Below are positions 63,301 through 64,000 of a stretch of 64,000 nt of DNA, in pieces. The stretch covers positions 12,772 through 76,771 of the forward strand of contig JAQUOD010000002.1 of assembly GCA_028717245.1 (NCBI GenBank), given 5' to 3'. The stretch's first letter is position 1. Every line of letters starts with the position of its first letter. The stretch is from Candidatus Omnitrophota bacterium (GTDB taxonomy: Bacteria > Omnitrophota > Gorgyraeia > Gygaellales > Profunditerraquicolaceae). The notes below the pieces were generated by a model. It worked only from the letters and a program-made list of their open reading frames with translations, had not been told where the DNA came from and did no database searches. A program made the translations under genes and the position numbers.

Positions 63301-64000
63301 TCAGGCAGAAGCCCAAGAGACTAAGAGTTGGGCTGAATGGAAAAAAGTTTTTGCGCAGGAAGAGAATGCCGAGATTATTGATGATAATAGTGGATACGCT
63401 CCAGAGCAGGTTATTAACCGCGAAGAAGCAGAAGCGGGATGGAATAAATGCGCTGCCGTATTACATCGTCCGGAAGAGCAGCCAGTCGAGCCAGAAACTA
63501 CAACTCCCGCTCCGGCTGCGAATAATGAAGCGCCAAAGCCAGCAGTTCAGACTGCGCCGGATTTAAGTGATGAGAAGATATTTGGGCCAGTTAAGGTAAA
63601 TGGGAAACCTGCGGATATCTGCGTAGTAATAAATGACCAAATCGTGGATGCTGATAACGAAGCGGATATCTCCAGGGCAATGGCTCGCGAACCAGTGGGC
63701 AGCCATAAAGAAGTAGAGGTCCAGATAGGGCAGCCAGTAATTATATCTATACCTTTATCTTTATCTAACATTACTGAAGAACAAGCCAAGGCTATTCAGG
63801 TTAAAGTTCCTTTTATTGGGCCCACATTAGCAAGTGAGACAATTGAACTTACGGCTGACTTTGTTTCTTTGCAAGGTTCCGAGGCTTTATACCATTGCGA
63901 AATTACTCCTAAACATCCAGGTCAATACTACTTCTTTGTAAAAATTTCTAATGACGGCAAAAATTGGTTTTTTGACTCGCACGCCGGGTATTTTAGGTTT
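29291..64000 (+). CDS. giant stop-free ORF (>11,570 codons, 3' partial; continues past window) encoding a multi-domain membrane/secreted mega-protein or polyprotein
   Basis: Frame 2 read codon by codon from TTG 29291 (SD GAGG 5 nt upstream; stop TAA at 29252 just before) with no TAA/TAG/TGA to 64000; N-terminus homologous to the RHS giant; domains listed in the summary and findings; internal module starts ATG 47450 and ATG 51122 (AGGGGGA RBS). Confidence 0.7.
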   Translation, partial: MSNWREKIWLKIVALTIAGVFLFSETTWAARADYRVSMPETEQTSYPQVPQPKLGDFLLNIYHEIASFIVPSAQAAEIAPCGVDKVTKNMPVLNPNSNWQKANQTVVLSENKAIDTVDTVDTVKNSLIEETGDMRVAEAEQKPQGDAPAPTPTVKDSALPAQAQPPQGSETPSVPVDYTKINNTNDQTGFIPIKQAQLPQETAAITLHSKDPPKMSFNCAVSALSQLLSDVNSAILAKSLALYTQDGQTSLYGIQQVAKEYGLDLYASQLSLTDLKNLNQPAIAHLDLGNGLGHYVVVTGIDVEGITYIDNSITKTVSLTEFTAQWTGYTLTTEAGIGQALNVEQSYSIKGAVPSLSYFAAPDGNLYQRTGVGENGQMQSVLYHGSQTSSFGYKGTNYQTTISANQGTITYSGYFLGEDGNLYKIPDNNSGPIQGNLYEGTQSQPFDYKGATYQTTISANQGTITYSGYFKSEDGNLYKITGADDDGQIQGSLYDGEQNSSFEYKGTTYQTTISANQGVIIYSGYFKGEDENLYKITGTSDDGQIQGTLYDGSQIDSFEYKGATYQTIISANQGAITYSGYFKGEDENLYRITGADEEGKIQGSFYDGFRVLETYTYAGQSYQIEMTATQGQITYSGFFVGSDGNLYQVTGADASTGNIQGTLYTPSTELNCAVQSLSVLLPDIGSATLTQELLPYTVNGQTSMYGIQQVASKYGLNLYAVEFSLEEILQLGEGAIAHLVVGSNQGHWVAIYPEKGIYIDNGIEKSLDASEFATQFSGYILTVQSDIGLALTNEQMQGIQGSEVEHWDFSTDTPGPYELGGGADEGGVDITINDDGSATYTYPDGSSRDATFDSDGNLTSTTDHDSDGTTIINVYGDVDIGIDGDEDVDININQGGNGYIAVAGGNVDITINAGGNLSSFTMTGGNATITANAEATGYIAGVSGGTLNITDNGGDTSDIYINSDGYTGGVITVDDNPISLPPGTPLSYEPDSDTPGVGSSSVAGYNCAVYALLQFLPGIGLTALAQKINVENYKYQIEAFNKIISSEIFFEVIIRVASDYALDLNAVKLTLEGLQQIAEPAIVHLDLGNGQGHYIVVTQTADNTITYIDNEIIKTVSEDDFTALWTGYALITQPNNIGEVLALQEILNIKGATVTIGGRRVGGSSSKGSSNSGGGNTTAGGGSTTQPAQSPSIVSGPPMPQSLKEYQDLNKTFLNTDKYTYQYDRSKDMLTVYDHTDPSNVTAIMVYYDATVRSGDKLVDATITITVGGGSLVGGAKPTSPVTVIDEPGKGPWVVDLTEVSDGSRVTYNFIEGTTTTITGSGGQDNSTMVIDDWKTGQKTTLDYQWNPSHGQQPVKATVVNGGTTIEYNYNIWGQVETVHTVNIDSLGHIVTDTTQNPNGFFVSEEPQTINGITYNVALDDDYYGRNAGQVLEYKNDKGEKCTQIYETLYIEGNIFTAVPTEFSVVENGMLKYRANATDFSVYKDASGNINLKVGKKNVWEHVSPSNDGYPGYPIVYTTDAQNKILSIDMVFGSKPEFTKVGAQDIYTSTNGYVVVENGEIKDINILKQVAQPQKDNGEVSAPSVNLSGEPYSAQCFSDFIGAGISDKKSTPTPTPSPTPTPTATPAPALSPTPTITGGASSPSPLQLVIDTFAEIITLGGAQTQTYNSNCAANALSVVLPEINPSLNGIDTYTLYNQLTPYTDQHKQTSEYGIQQIAASYGVKLDATKIDYNGLRNLGTPAVAHLQLDEGQGHWVAVNPENGVYTDNGAINPLNSAEFSEHFDGIILASTPTRGPPVSVEETQNIMGGFDFGNVFSGVIGGVSGAIGGLISGYGNGGITGAINGAITGWQAGYNAGSSTGVFQAPSAGYTAGQQSTNSQPVTNSATIPTTINNGSSGGVGSLGSLPIFLAIGAPLTIPANNPPPAGAGTGFLDDPLGWLNDNALQPVGNFLTRIFERQGEAMLVEAEAQMAAGKAIGNAIGDYFASVQKYELMQQENEILMAGLIADVFTPDKDFDKIGAAQAALSDADKLIQEHIENNGYFNTYGDLGKYLSDFMADRGIPANTQGPQDQSAAQKALVDALINKGVVDLEEIAGISTTDINKLSKKDRDTIIAWVGEKDSEIEISKINTCLEAIGIGLDSNGKYAVTDTAKLQDSLSYQGAQYVTNYFPSFLTLFLEPTDTGLAAPAKISGGEEAKAKLADLLGGLNSDIIMDTAGLSLKERETYGPLLSQLKDSPENISINSKDYITLLVLACKFVEGVEDKAGVKPVNSIYTNQPAPLPVPGSQPEFVGRNSYSWEVIDKDKFEAFKKEVAEVEGYEFKRNSNLISSLPEDIKKSLGLTNDEGRLNILSFSLDPDGATAKIKQALSKYSEYFGIKVDNIAALDLSSLYPQLKEVNDKLELYLGPTRKDDGTYIYDSDSAKLEDFRDVIAGNQEINRSLRLISFLSGEEPKGNLLTLALDPAEVSPEIKQALIKYFGINVDNIAAADISGLTQKLKDANDKLELYSGTTMQADKTYIYDSAKLEDFRNVIAAREEIKRTYSLINSLSEDKDSLLSSEGLNPVGVTAEARQLLAKYGFNNVSNIAVVDLADLALDPAEVTAEIKQALAKQNINVDNIVALDLPSLTRQLKEANDKFETDLGAIRQDDGAYVFDQIKLEDFRANYETEKWAETVECIQKASVLSTAVGVALFEFNAANYGNGKEGVYEAYQKVSLLSTAVRVALFEFNAANYGNGKEGVYEAYQKASVLSTVAQAAVSFTTAGQLITFSQILEPLATTAFRETTRKAVEDFEAVKLYSQAVQNAFISQRGSFSYAWENLKYVLAGANPVVVVAAAVAFVAIAVVLHVTVPLLITAGLTGAGAGAFIWNERGPAKNWSLLERIGATIGAAALVPLMALTSVSVAPAAAAAATNIAPLTTALMLINSGLQVAAWGIPIRFAIAAAEGREITFGGFVKDLGIDFVIGVAFFGVQRILGLLSANLSSTSWIVRLLKVLFYPTGIKEIALSSVARGLIGAGAAYMFSPILGEGDLWSIENLEAFGYTFAFLALANFAILGIDGLLVAKGWGALPLRAGLHIGLAYANFTFVINSAQHSGGYTYALGDKLAFYGSQFGWGFLAGFIGVSIASLIGVEKVVRFLKSAFIGKGRFFTWPLLGEGISLGASKVLNREWKPGWGVLAGLGLVLLKPVVFLSPATSASTLIKVARWFLVGGGRFLTWPVISVFINNAFLGGDPILAGLIGLNLAFLPSLGSKGLLSLRPAGWMAAVRSIAGWAFLGGINRLTFNYYWDLNWGAQKGGWDGFWGYVWQRGGSQAFIEGAYQLAIARLAILIGRSLYPKSPSSFSLGYFLTQSLLVIGPAVFILAEFVCLPLYPPLAMLKISGNIARTEKLKGDTLNDIEKKEAEIKGTGISDDELKAMKLGLAEIEIGLNDLKNVDLKNFNDLMSQKYLDYLRPDAWDILRYPAIGLALNFTWLLVKALGKAAGSKVFEAKGLGEGLKIGAEESLLKLRALVGIAEVDPETLAKLTEVGRLITQVKTASSLYQLMFWIPFVRPGIEIASHGFNLFFKSEFGQACLGKGLTEFLIDTLGEFDPANIATGRSPLTNQLMPGINGWDALWSEGISMGARALVREAFADPWGSFYGVFFFIGGPMLEKALTNLKFADIGKQVYTFGNVAKGVENIFGKDSAITRYFMAPVAEECVFEQLISPLTGALALPVLVIFGPEAYMWFKEGLEEIVFPDGNVSGVNVDSASILYDHLGRRVGEDIDSRGNPIKQSRVLYGPDGRILIAGTEGVKAPSGSARAIPEPSKPRITVNSAGINNIEIPISGNGYNPSVIIEDPLNPSSVIVIPVNMLRANGIGTSIIPDGPPQRILLPLLDYERFRKVIESREAEEVNSSPEVFELGSKYNPATKVLEPVLIPVETILSAVPSQNSELKPTGIFLNNGNKEGPIAVREGSNVALKSDKYLIVFNEVRPSGTAQVQEAKGLIGQIEGIIRRNNGELDIDKWKDQQTAIKALLNERIVALRNAGGKTLITVVVGAELARNGKYPTIFVLNGDATVPYTEGGPANVINVVYKDVAKELGATDMVNLDSLIQAYEKAIKDNDPAGAKSIAEQIERALRDPKTIVVVSIDARGHLPNKFDWHKGIREALELRKEGWRILDEVDDLLLRENQYIISQDSLVKDSHILRDIASKSEELFKDINLQGDETGLTGKGPLIRKAKSQREFESLARQGEMVYYRGQPRGNSVIAGEDFLLSWPVFAHYIEQGYVPNLVYDVAKGKVHEIGSLSGLTPDRGKGEMVPTFKGGEAQPDMLSESLAYKVAQTLKYNLTIGKDSPFKLDNIRASTKTVRENPIQEMFEGGGPIIGLSATKSGAEKIMLAKTGASGIEEIGLQSNISEMIGAREVRVEKDTGISRLIDLAVEAVEGRGLIDLATGAAIEGKRGVLIEIDNPTCLDRVFKELQNSEKLKGRQVDAIKGDTPVDKIDELRKKIGPEARIVVALPRVAKQWSFKGNLDVIIYGAEGWTWDFLTHGINRNCRDSGAVGNKIVIVNEERLNETLAYLKENLSLYRDYSDDEAKDLQNLVKNKITDTKDILSLSLEDRLLLNADFLQIVQTSSSHKSAILTIFRNTRSTAPLQKLFDDAGLTPEEREVIEEVRTKERSGLYGLIQRLNDEPLSGVEWVRVVSQQSWESAIKMWDDLLSSKGLSEMTLQKVQELKEFAQSSKEHEKKDFGKILPSRYGLNQVPVNHDSVLGVAKYLGEDILPSRIVDFFASTPTATQVAGSVGVNKAPPKTAEEFVNQYFANLSPQEKSAVKEYLNDPQNDFALGNGNLNTRGRLFAALIDKILSLPGEEIASLQAIGIIPANAGGIKLSTIETFELVKAIFESGLEADLDWLISAGRVIKAFGNNLQPITFEKIKELQKEFPALARFILANIDQSKPEGKELYQKWDAIVTRQEKANKKYKQDISKLNNPSLPSAVRIMMLKRASEAMEKACISVKEAREINNDLGVVAALLGLINTPKALDEFNKAYKDLVEVPNIEKEKIDNVSLATLAKLVNGETKLVDFIISIGKEGLFDAACDVRNVLGVIEKLTKVKGIWNWGEKITQEAVNKYAEKFTKGDTKKAEAELKKLAADLEKDIKSLQEKLKGWNPQEGITMKVIQEIAKIDNLDSNDADLKVVYILFLGLATTDEEIAKIKKNAEIAASLKGIYLVITETDGRVEFVDVEPKDGKVKIGDKELGVKEFYPMESLPLNILRNIKLFGHIAQGETITLGEGANQITLTPYQKEANWKVVAEGGKLDYQRFDAGTEFEDKATGDIWQPTEQGFRIVQTMDGLKIEYNADGTKTITVVAAERKYAVLSDGLVVYLSNGVSYVRSDKDNSHTPNFRKDLIGQEIGTIKNGAGEQIGRVKLEANPDNPDEPFTVYIYDRDYTFTGKDSEGKEVSVTTSQGTEIKYNHQGEYVSRVLNGLEYKRDGVVTVVAAEGVELPLPGIRSLILNIPVGTSFVFGPFGPQLPDGQYNLKGDGGSVIIGAIDGKKNYTVTLKKDAKVGLMEFAAGSKAKIEFMSDEEVKNMFGDSLDKEKTQAAIELSGLSFPPQVTLLKGSYVSGGLQVVVQDDGSLTAKVISEGGNRYAFMQQEVILPKATPVKVDRAGNITGITPGRYESSDKKGSIELDEDGTYTVTYSKEVDLDLTIGEEAEKKDKKEHHLGGTVILYTPIPGEEGNFRVYVLKEGDQHDPKSPAKAPDVVAPDAKEFSLEVLIGKEISLNGSGKGRIARNNGNKDVAQVLDLNNKPVAELKYISNNGEGAAEIVVNSIDGLGEGALEELTKNLKESLPAPFKDNITVRTNNTNNGNGNGSDSAKGPEHSKKDNKPGSPGMLSIVPFVFISSAFMTPYATGPPIAGLNVALFASIAVVVAVSVVVTIGFIKYIKNQKEGAKWQSIIEQTIWNLKLTISWFLRKTEGLWSLLSRMLSSLLTSTPERFASINPMGHGKSSGVLKAEESSPTPSQRVIKGSQSICNKGSGPSYTLQSLGQRVPALYHPDNNKNTFHNMPTAEEVRSWAKTLEKSYPKVAAELYRLARLLKRLEELTGGEPIAKRDNKGEYEYHSKLGRNRQEAEAKINELLGGTDAAFVISQVIVHEKEEDHKKGITSQLAQIIHTIRIKDIIKAADTVNTELVDLLDKRSPDDSKDDLKVRAIMAVIIRRIFRVNGNRAITIDENAKEGALYDLGNIGIVDRKLEEIREMTEEFYKGYGNYEPNLLIHLANAVKIKIQNYDWYDAEEITELLKIKELDNGEVEGRLKKLEDGLGQTKEELGQTKEELGQTKKTAEEAKEAAKDTIKIEDMPVRRVHCVVSFVRSLTWLTSIMKDKIISAIETSDRELSTILNIFNTKIIEFKLGLEKRLAAFAVDIDRLRELLKKGITIYALEKIGNGEYHFVQIIKINEDGTVSVLDNESEDEKGIAGRSDVRLINLVKIKGKFLVVSYEKYKEGQEEGVFKKEEELSKKEIESIKGKVNTLSPSNTAPGTSTPGGEVAPGGGSGAGAVGGSKGSATGSGAAGFGGISGEDSIFGDSGVVIIGGVAYPIQGADLSALINAILGTFFGVVNPGQGAAGLNESGSGKEGASSIQGQVSYTDTIGKYNGVSARIPFGAIPFGAGIPAAPVVIVLNGEGNNPQDKDRAQVAVSEILNQIKLGSARAVILNEQFVIFVCQAQLNKASPAGAGVSIILIFANIQSLAQLLAAFLSASQNPNDKSTPSNEENDLRTLIEGIIKAILKDLENKDKLEDIIVKLNAALASLINSGLTQGISKITVTVVPASSKTANAAADMVANSEKVATGSRRAQPTERKENAFTPEELGAVVAALLKVISSRDNVSEKTLSKLEQQVEALVELVKGQYQLIQPRPENGINTVIIILGPPAPELPRATMFGGVTGVNKRVRSKKGGSNVKVKFRELADGTKIIIYTIYGGRIRKVQKNYHGGSGTVSTGSESELRRNPRPPSSVGTTFIPGLLGFAALPYIGLSSSVVNWQTGATNLVAIGLIALLSYVAYDRIIRLLKAAEEGAIYRPRSPPASNGVESLIIQSQTAFINNPSLIQNLIEEIRNLTEPLMPPTVAGRVFAAIVVIGGMVTGALLQGLTPLVAAPVTTIIIGGVIWLTTLNWILTTSLSSSTTLPSSLLLERTAMAICGFSLLMSLPATFTPVTAALILGSSFLAATAKLFSLALAQRATTTRRSTGSTEPTARYNGGKRAAGSPLIPPILSYYATPSQEKSGHVGGMRTGGGVTLRCNDEFTVVLQVGNTLVAIIKDKLGLGSYRAVRIDGDSQQLGREVSFTESIEIGRDEQSGRFKLGSQISSVWSDTQVSRRHTRIAVLDGGFIVVQDLNSYHGIYYREVNNGSGNVVSADSGKHTQSNNRVEYRNGNKVLIGDVVGIIEVNYAGKRGIFRRVVFVRAEVAQNVAYGFYPQGSSEAYVILEPDMRTEGSRLGKASHEGRHGLDWMEFGSQMNEIDREYTARLTTLAENPDDDEVRASFGRRIAEYQRRSLDNHAEATRRIITNFMDRIKRYIFGELYYIPAEQIRKIAKELLEEFYQGHFGYIPNYPMIGRQSITSPKIQHLSSRTTLPFMGLAAVGLVLSILSGNLALVVISGIYLAWKICQLFHKGEFDPKTGKIVYTDASLAAEAHEQTHKLLWNFGIKNRFISEALAQLLDLLVGAGRLIGRAYERGAGLCLKGPEQLLRILKQLLRPLMPYHSPRSSFLGGLTVIARVINRTKAMPRAVLMVAENLTKNSDASIAAKRMLERLRHILNIPSLRPLFRNPFSTITKSISHLTNPVKGILPQPQSTQLNVGLRAGLIAASLAAATTPQEDQKVDEESIIRSANEFFLGAVRRIKEKTGIDGEFTPPEIIFVGRLTKEQDYRLKTLESRELSGKLSQEELEEKQKLESNLRNSSEANYDKQKNQIRLLKGKVIRQGAYRHEELHAIRHQFILQRFGVIEVNEGYSMLDRYLSSICKVEIEGKKVKVIPAYMIEFFALLDEMISKELGLANGEDTRELSLRGLREAAEYFKGGFDTKFYEILELGEQVIGVLEDIARQDKGIDEKIQEAKNALAQYADKVRELGKSILKNQAYLKLLCLKTDPEKYVGLLRDFFEIMVSLSKTYDKALLENGSLGVEFTSLKKDVAVYKEYIEENFDFDRDTLILNGNDSVAPYLATKIFITEKYEEIRKNWEKIFVMDATEVEEVYFKDVFKAMEQIAEDYERNIIKRDVSVDISKEDIEQTQALSLRTTLPFVGLAAVGLVLSILSGNLALAVISGIYLVWKIYQLTCKGEFDNYIGKIKSAEGLGGKIHEQTHKLLWNLGVKNRFVSEVLAQLLDLPVGIIGLAGKMISGRACEIGAVGRLTRVSEALRIEAFKIRQFIIRRILLRKPITQMKGYFGQARPDSYEKDVPEIIVGAPGEKPVKLEETELSKIERKTTFITEGVASCSVIIYIAQTPTGLFAYPLHTVIWNDSRFQEINKTIISKFNLKGAGKIRAIVIPGPVATFKNWNLQEIFGDKVDCYVIPELLLRIPKIEHRRVRISFGSKKLRIDVWDYKDRLKGPWMPRRPSRKNVFYYSITPAQPTPARPRQKTGLSSILFNPISIFGIPVKMQWAYPVMLAIIIIAVGATPIGYLNGVLLGLGLTASILLHELAHSMVANKYQKNSLKDIRFTAFGAQANIKINGNINMWEQLKIHFAGAIMNFALAGLLVGLNALYPNAYILGSLGLVNAILGVYNLLPVFPLDGGMILLTIANKFMDSKKAAYLAVYVAKGFAVAMALAGLVSLLFGFYPFGTLVFLGLYVWYAAGKEDNFEEIYSIEISSPDNFEIKKQREVPEYIGSLAEHMIALYFSPSKVARISELLNILKEGSFERGEPYLIKGDFRDEDIRELLDTAMKEKAIEIGLVKAVIADVEVSFCVFGGKEGVNYHKLLDILGKIKTGLRLRVHNHYGKQFLPSGPDCPPLTEYAFRLYTYSEIGFIEYGRGGDNALIRESFKDKAGENLIVSWVQGNRRFLKIIPNSSGILLCNDYQPKDVYKIITPILKEKIKEGASRIAFIESRGAWVECDASAQEYSRLNSSYPDCPISGLPTQPQATKESTAAPAPAQPQRGMEPVAANQKNDNQIRIIPLESVKHIPSVTGKLPVVLETDSMIFVTYDYEITTAASERPILQTKAAGPCIVLILYDKVNKVGLLAHRYKSPASEEIGQMLVDLEKSGADKKNLTFTILGGWSGSDDPGSNRPLKEGLRDMLLQKGIGLGEIEWNPTFSRSVAFDTRTGKTYDLVAEWELFRCPSKYIDVLPNKIDFESLIRGAEVKPAVSAAQTLRGKTSLIGKVLRRILRAAQIALAIIVLFVIFAQPVAAAAEAVVVGNSTASVAAFSLSAAVPYIGIAIEVMLLGVMVVLGVFRHYRMREQYWGAIRTLFVFLISGVILAGPVLALAAFSILPPVSTSLTVGIGIGIGVVNVVSFIILILRIYSGIRVFSRDNPWYEDVMVTGAALIWGPIAGFLYLLKKITDAIQVRKEAAQKDNKKLNEEIKGINADLKSAARAFRKMKVVGDEERFKEVCGSFDAAYDRGCAIPAENRPHSMAEALKEASDAREEARKRIEQDKAKKEAKQPTVTQKTTQQANQPKRAIDIYRIIAGIFTISGAVSLSAALYLLIVGIRLLVTGDYASTVSPYINIVFFVFSVSVVITLGSLYYLFFKEKLAKQAKQAKENERQAEKDKAYKQARRAVAKLSRLDDMGEFYTRLKAIEDKYGITFIVEDPALQKAGAQVRKNQAAKEAREERAKKQTQKTDSETEEAKQKAASFVKKLAEAVKANNKAKADKKAAEEAAKKKAKAAKAGKEAKAWSYDTLHPMMKSLIESHLEVLSSRSDINSLEKQRAETENEITDNTNKGYLNKKESEHYQKKLRKAYSSRAQQLIKKRIKAEIVSRKPKDELERIHSEIVGVINSLSLDEKDKAKLKGEADNKLKVIQEKQVKQQAKNKPSAAPAKTGLGAWIKQKAEKLTEAAKKAWDKVRAGKAQKAYDKRENKRNAEIKKYNRRIGPALKKMASAKTVEAVRKAEADVIALDNQYPCFNKEDRAAHIKSHRDQANSIIDNINTENTKKAQEKLEQKQARQAGKDQKAADNKAKKEEEKKLKAEAKLKKDAEKKAQAAADKSKTAAKSKPVAQENSERGPPVATEDKPITPAPSAPAEKETTPASVESDLLRDPINALLLILVVYGFYGLVALPLALISPDIYLAALLGGLELAVGGWLLMLWIFRGKPAKAEVTAAPVIPAAPAAPVVSEEKVPEAPATVKPAEPKETPQPPQTGTSYGYPYGYGDGASQIPQEDLKDIQKTTEDLKKKLDEVQEGEQTEQEIKKRVEEFIENKISPEPREAVRAEIMRRLVDLAATNETLRKVLVGMFFGVEYPTPIKNVLFIHTALDGMGDEMIAASLLMALMIAYPDAKVTIASDRPFRYNQKRVRVVSLQRISRYRATGLNREDLGDAVSVMPENEEKIDSLAQKDWDVVLCSRELTIGKKENIPEFKKAKVLVVLPEWPDRNVLARVRTHDGAWYPIAGHGNQYEICLSVARLLGIDVRASEPELFISRESKEYAYVARRVNEMRVSGANKPVLFISLFGSTAPLKGFLDMNKLARVVEYIRDLGFVLVVDTSHGNKIGDKEMNAFRLAIKNWDAIYIIQDIENDYRVALLEYFIYFADGAVTVDCGQMHTFHALGKNKPLLALFSKKMYFNKSAWFPAYANSLIQQAIEYEGTFDELTERNIQQIAIIKDLILNHPKYVIDSQKAGAPVFANHESFKAKIKETISDLLLIYLREKRLDCDKVDSLARIIAANPEYSEYASKALFKDLVEPLMDSFLLEGRKAYIEIFTGIIMYLRKYPQAKIIDEYLNRMAVENAEQMIQRVNRLMQTRPFAPSRKNRIKKAFVFSRITIGADVAITGIVLERIKEEFPDAEIYFVAPAKQAQLFGADSRIKIMELPFQRQGGMLARLESWIDLVKLIQANTAGLKDDEYLIVDPDSRIPQLGIMPLPVRLENYLFFNSGAREDEIRNGVLTVGEATNRWLDEVFGKREKPIYPKVWIRAQDKGFADKVFSHKRLQGKFVVTINLGFGGNGNKRISPEFEAGLILRLIEQGSTVILDKGFGPEESEQIDAIIKYIQDHGKTSAYVKNDTDTINAFLNVGDFDLVVFEGNIGELTSLISRSGYYVGYDSQGQHVAASLSIPETVIFAGYISDVFRQRWHPYGAGEIKVIAVDAQNIDKKDIDEDKIIASVAADVKAKMQEAAKAAEEKAKQEEPAPQAEAQETKSWAEWKKVFAQEENAEIIDDNSGYAPEQVINREEAEAGWNKCAAVLHRPEEQPVEPETTTPAPAANNEAPKPAVQTAPDLSDEKIFGPVKVNGKPADICVVINDQIVDADNEADISRAMAREPVGSHKEVEVQIGQPVIISIPLSLSNITEEQAKAIQVKVPFIGPTLASETIELTADFVSLQGSEALYHCEITPKHPGQYYFFVKISNDGKNWFFDSHAGYFRF
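30437..31284 (+). repeat. 5 tandem ~168-bp coding repeats (56-aa units Y.G.Q..F.YKG.TYQTTISANQG.ITYSGYF.GEDGNLYKITG..D.G.IQG.L)
   Basis: read directly from translation; lies between C39-like domains 1 and 2. Confidence 0.8.
37331..37560 (+). repeat. 2.3 tandem near-identical 99-bp coding repeats (ASVLSTAVGVALFEFNAANYGNGKEGVYEAYQK)
   Basis: units 37331-37429 and 37430-37528 differ at a handful of positions. Confidence 0.85.
47110..47358 (+). CDS. small protein 'a' (82 aa), paralog of ORF 50755; embedded in -1 frame of the giant ORF; candidate immunity/accessory protein
   Basis: AGAAGG RBS; conserved FLI(D/N)..TG.V....SWE(K/Q)L(W/F)G...AARN..PVY with synonymous codon differences vs paralog; follows C-terminal TM helix of module A. 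Confidence 0.6.
   Translation: MAEYNRTDNLEFEVDHLVVLEKDGRIMVAAKSDALFLIDQHTGEVCVHQPDGSWEKLWGTESRGVIAHTVAARNQGVPVYLQ
48218..48280 (+). repeat. 3 tandem 21-bp repeats CTCGGCCAGACCAAAGAAGAA (LGQTKEE x3)
   Basis: perfect x2 then truncated copy. Confidence 0.8.
50755..51027 (+). CDS. small protein 'b' (90 aa), paralog of ORF 47110; embedded in -1 frame of the giant ORF
   Basis: AGGAGGTG RBS 5 nt upstream; GC-rich; conserved with 'a'; follows C-terminal TM helices of module B. Confidence 0.6.
   Translation: MVNYTELDFDHIVEFIHDSTVFAAARENGNGHMRIFLINELTGHVYTRNGRADSWEQLFGSDRETILTRLSAARNNHTPVYRINGTNGSL
51122..51640 (+). other. FHA (forkhead-associated) domain at start of module C of the giant ORF
   Basis: ...GREVSFTESIEIGRDEQSG...SDTQVSRRHTRIAVLDGGFIVVQDLNSYHGIYY... 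classic FHA signature; ATG 51122 with AGGGGGA RBS. Confidence 0.65.
55230..55800 (+). other. M50 site-2-protease (S2P/SpoIVFB-like) intramembrane metalloprotease domain inside giant ORF
   Basis: HELAH (HExxH) in TM helix and NLLPVFPLDGG (LDG) motif ~90 aa downstream, multiple TM segments. Confidence 0.7.
60640..61640 (+). other. glycosyltransferase family 9 (heptosyltransferase-fold) domain 1 inside giant ORF
   Basis: N-terminal VLFIHTALDGMGDEMIAASLL..YPDAKVTI, mid KPVLFISLFGST...LGFVLVVDTSHG, C-terminal FADGAVTVDCGQMHTFHALGKNKPLLALF. Confidence 0.55.
62170..63150 (+). other. glycosyltransferase family 9-like domain 2 inside giant ORF
   Basis: KKAFVFSRITIGADVAITGIVLERIKEEFPDAEIYFVAP..., KFVVTINLGFGGNGNKRISPEFEAG..., SGYYVGYDSQGQHVAASLSIPETVIFAG. 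Confidence 0.55.

Noticed and set aside
29143-63789. About 55 short minus-strand ORFs (60-156 aa) and 8 short plus-strand ORFs (e.g. 30366-30731, 33771-33959, 33999-34199, 58662-58970, 59478-59690, 63351-63566) listed in the track across the giant-gene region
   Set aside because: They lie antisense or off-frame to a long, clearly coding frame with recognisable domains. Their translations are low-complexity (Ser/Leu/Ala/Pro-rich) with no motifs. They are typical shadow ORFs of a coding region.
47450-64000. Annotating modules B and C as definitively separate genes
   Set aside because: Their start codons are plausible, especially ATG 51122 with AGGGGGA. However, the upstream frame never terminates, so independent translation cannot be asserted from sequence alone. 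They are reported as modules of one continuous ORF with the alternative noted.

Overview
The window has three parts, described in turn, and holds roughly 30 supportable genes.

1-15.9 kb is an ordinary chromosomal block:
- Two toxin-antitoxin-like pairs: a zeta-toxin-like P-loop NTPase with an overlapping small ORF, and a ribbon-helix-helix (RHH) antitoxin with a RelE/ParE toxin that has an operator palindrome in its promoter.
- tRNA-Leu(GAG) with a bidirectional terminator.
- A FIST-domain protein / GAF histidine kinase / response regulator-GGDEF c-di-GMP signalling operon on the minus strand.
- tRNA-Glu(CUC).
- A translationally coupled minus-strand operon: AAA ATPase (DUF4143-like), two RND efflux permeases (one carrying an unusual C-terminal winged-HTH tail) and a membrane-fusion protein.

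15.9-18.3 kb is a repeat-rich junction:
- A Y1 (IS200/RAYT-like) HUH transposase flanked by inverted REP-like repeats, with further copies of the same palindromic 'GGGACGGTTCT' element nearby.
- Two AT-rich lipoprotein genes.

18.3 kb to the window end is a giant-protein locus:
- An 8.1 kb RHS/Tc-toxin-like polymorphic toxin gene on the minus strand. Its domains are signal/TM, a C39-like papain-like peptidase domain, a Pro-rich linker, FN3, SpvB-N, FG-GAP repeats, the RHS shell and a variable C-terminal domain.
- It is preceded by a gene for a TonB_C-TolC fusion outer-membrane protein.
- A divergent control region follows, with four near-consensus sigma70 promoters, GATACGCT direct repeats, a REP palindrome and a leaderless zinc-ribbon ORF.
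- A c-di-GMP-I (GEMM-like) riboswitch with a terminator hairpin sits in the leader of the next gene.
- That gene is a plus-strand reading frame (positions = 2 mod 3) that starts at TTG 29291. I read it codon by codon and found no stop to the window end at 64000: more than 11,570 codons and more than 34.7 kb. The ORF track omits it because it never terminates inside the window.
- The N-terminal ~330 aa of this giant is a near-copy of the N-terminus of the RHS giant, so the two form an inverted duplication.
- The giant carries four tandem C39-like Cys/His peptidase domains and a large polytopic membrane region. Further along it has an FHA domain, an M50 site-2-protease domain, a CheD-like domain, a Lys/Ala/Glu-rich coiled-coil and two GT9 (heptosyltransferase-fold) domains. 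Several internal tandem repeats are also present.
- Two paralogous ~85-aa ORFs with strong ribosome-binding sites lie inside the giant ORF in the -1 frame. Their differences are synonymous in their own frame, so they look like real genes. This splits the giant into three modules (29291-~47100, 47450-~50750, 51122->64000).
- The giant frame has no stop between modules. The locus is therefore either a polyprotein-like mega-ORF with overlapping genes, or a toxin/immunity-like cassette array that has lost its stop codons.

This third part is the most unusual thing in the window.
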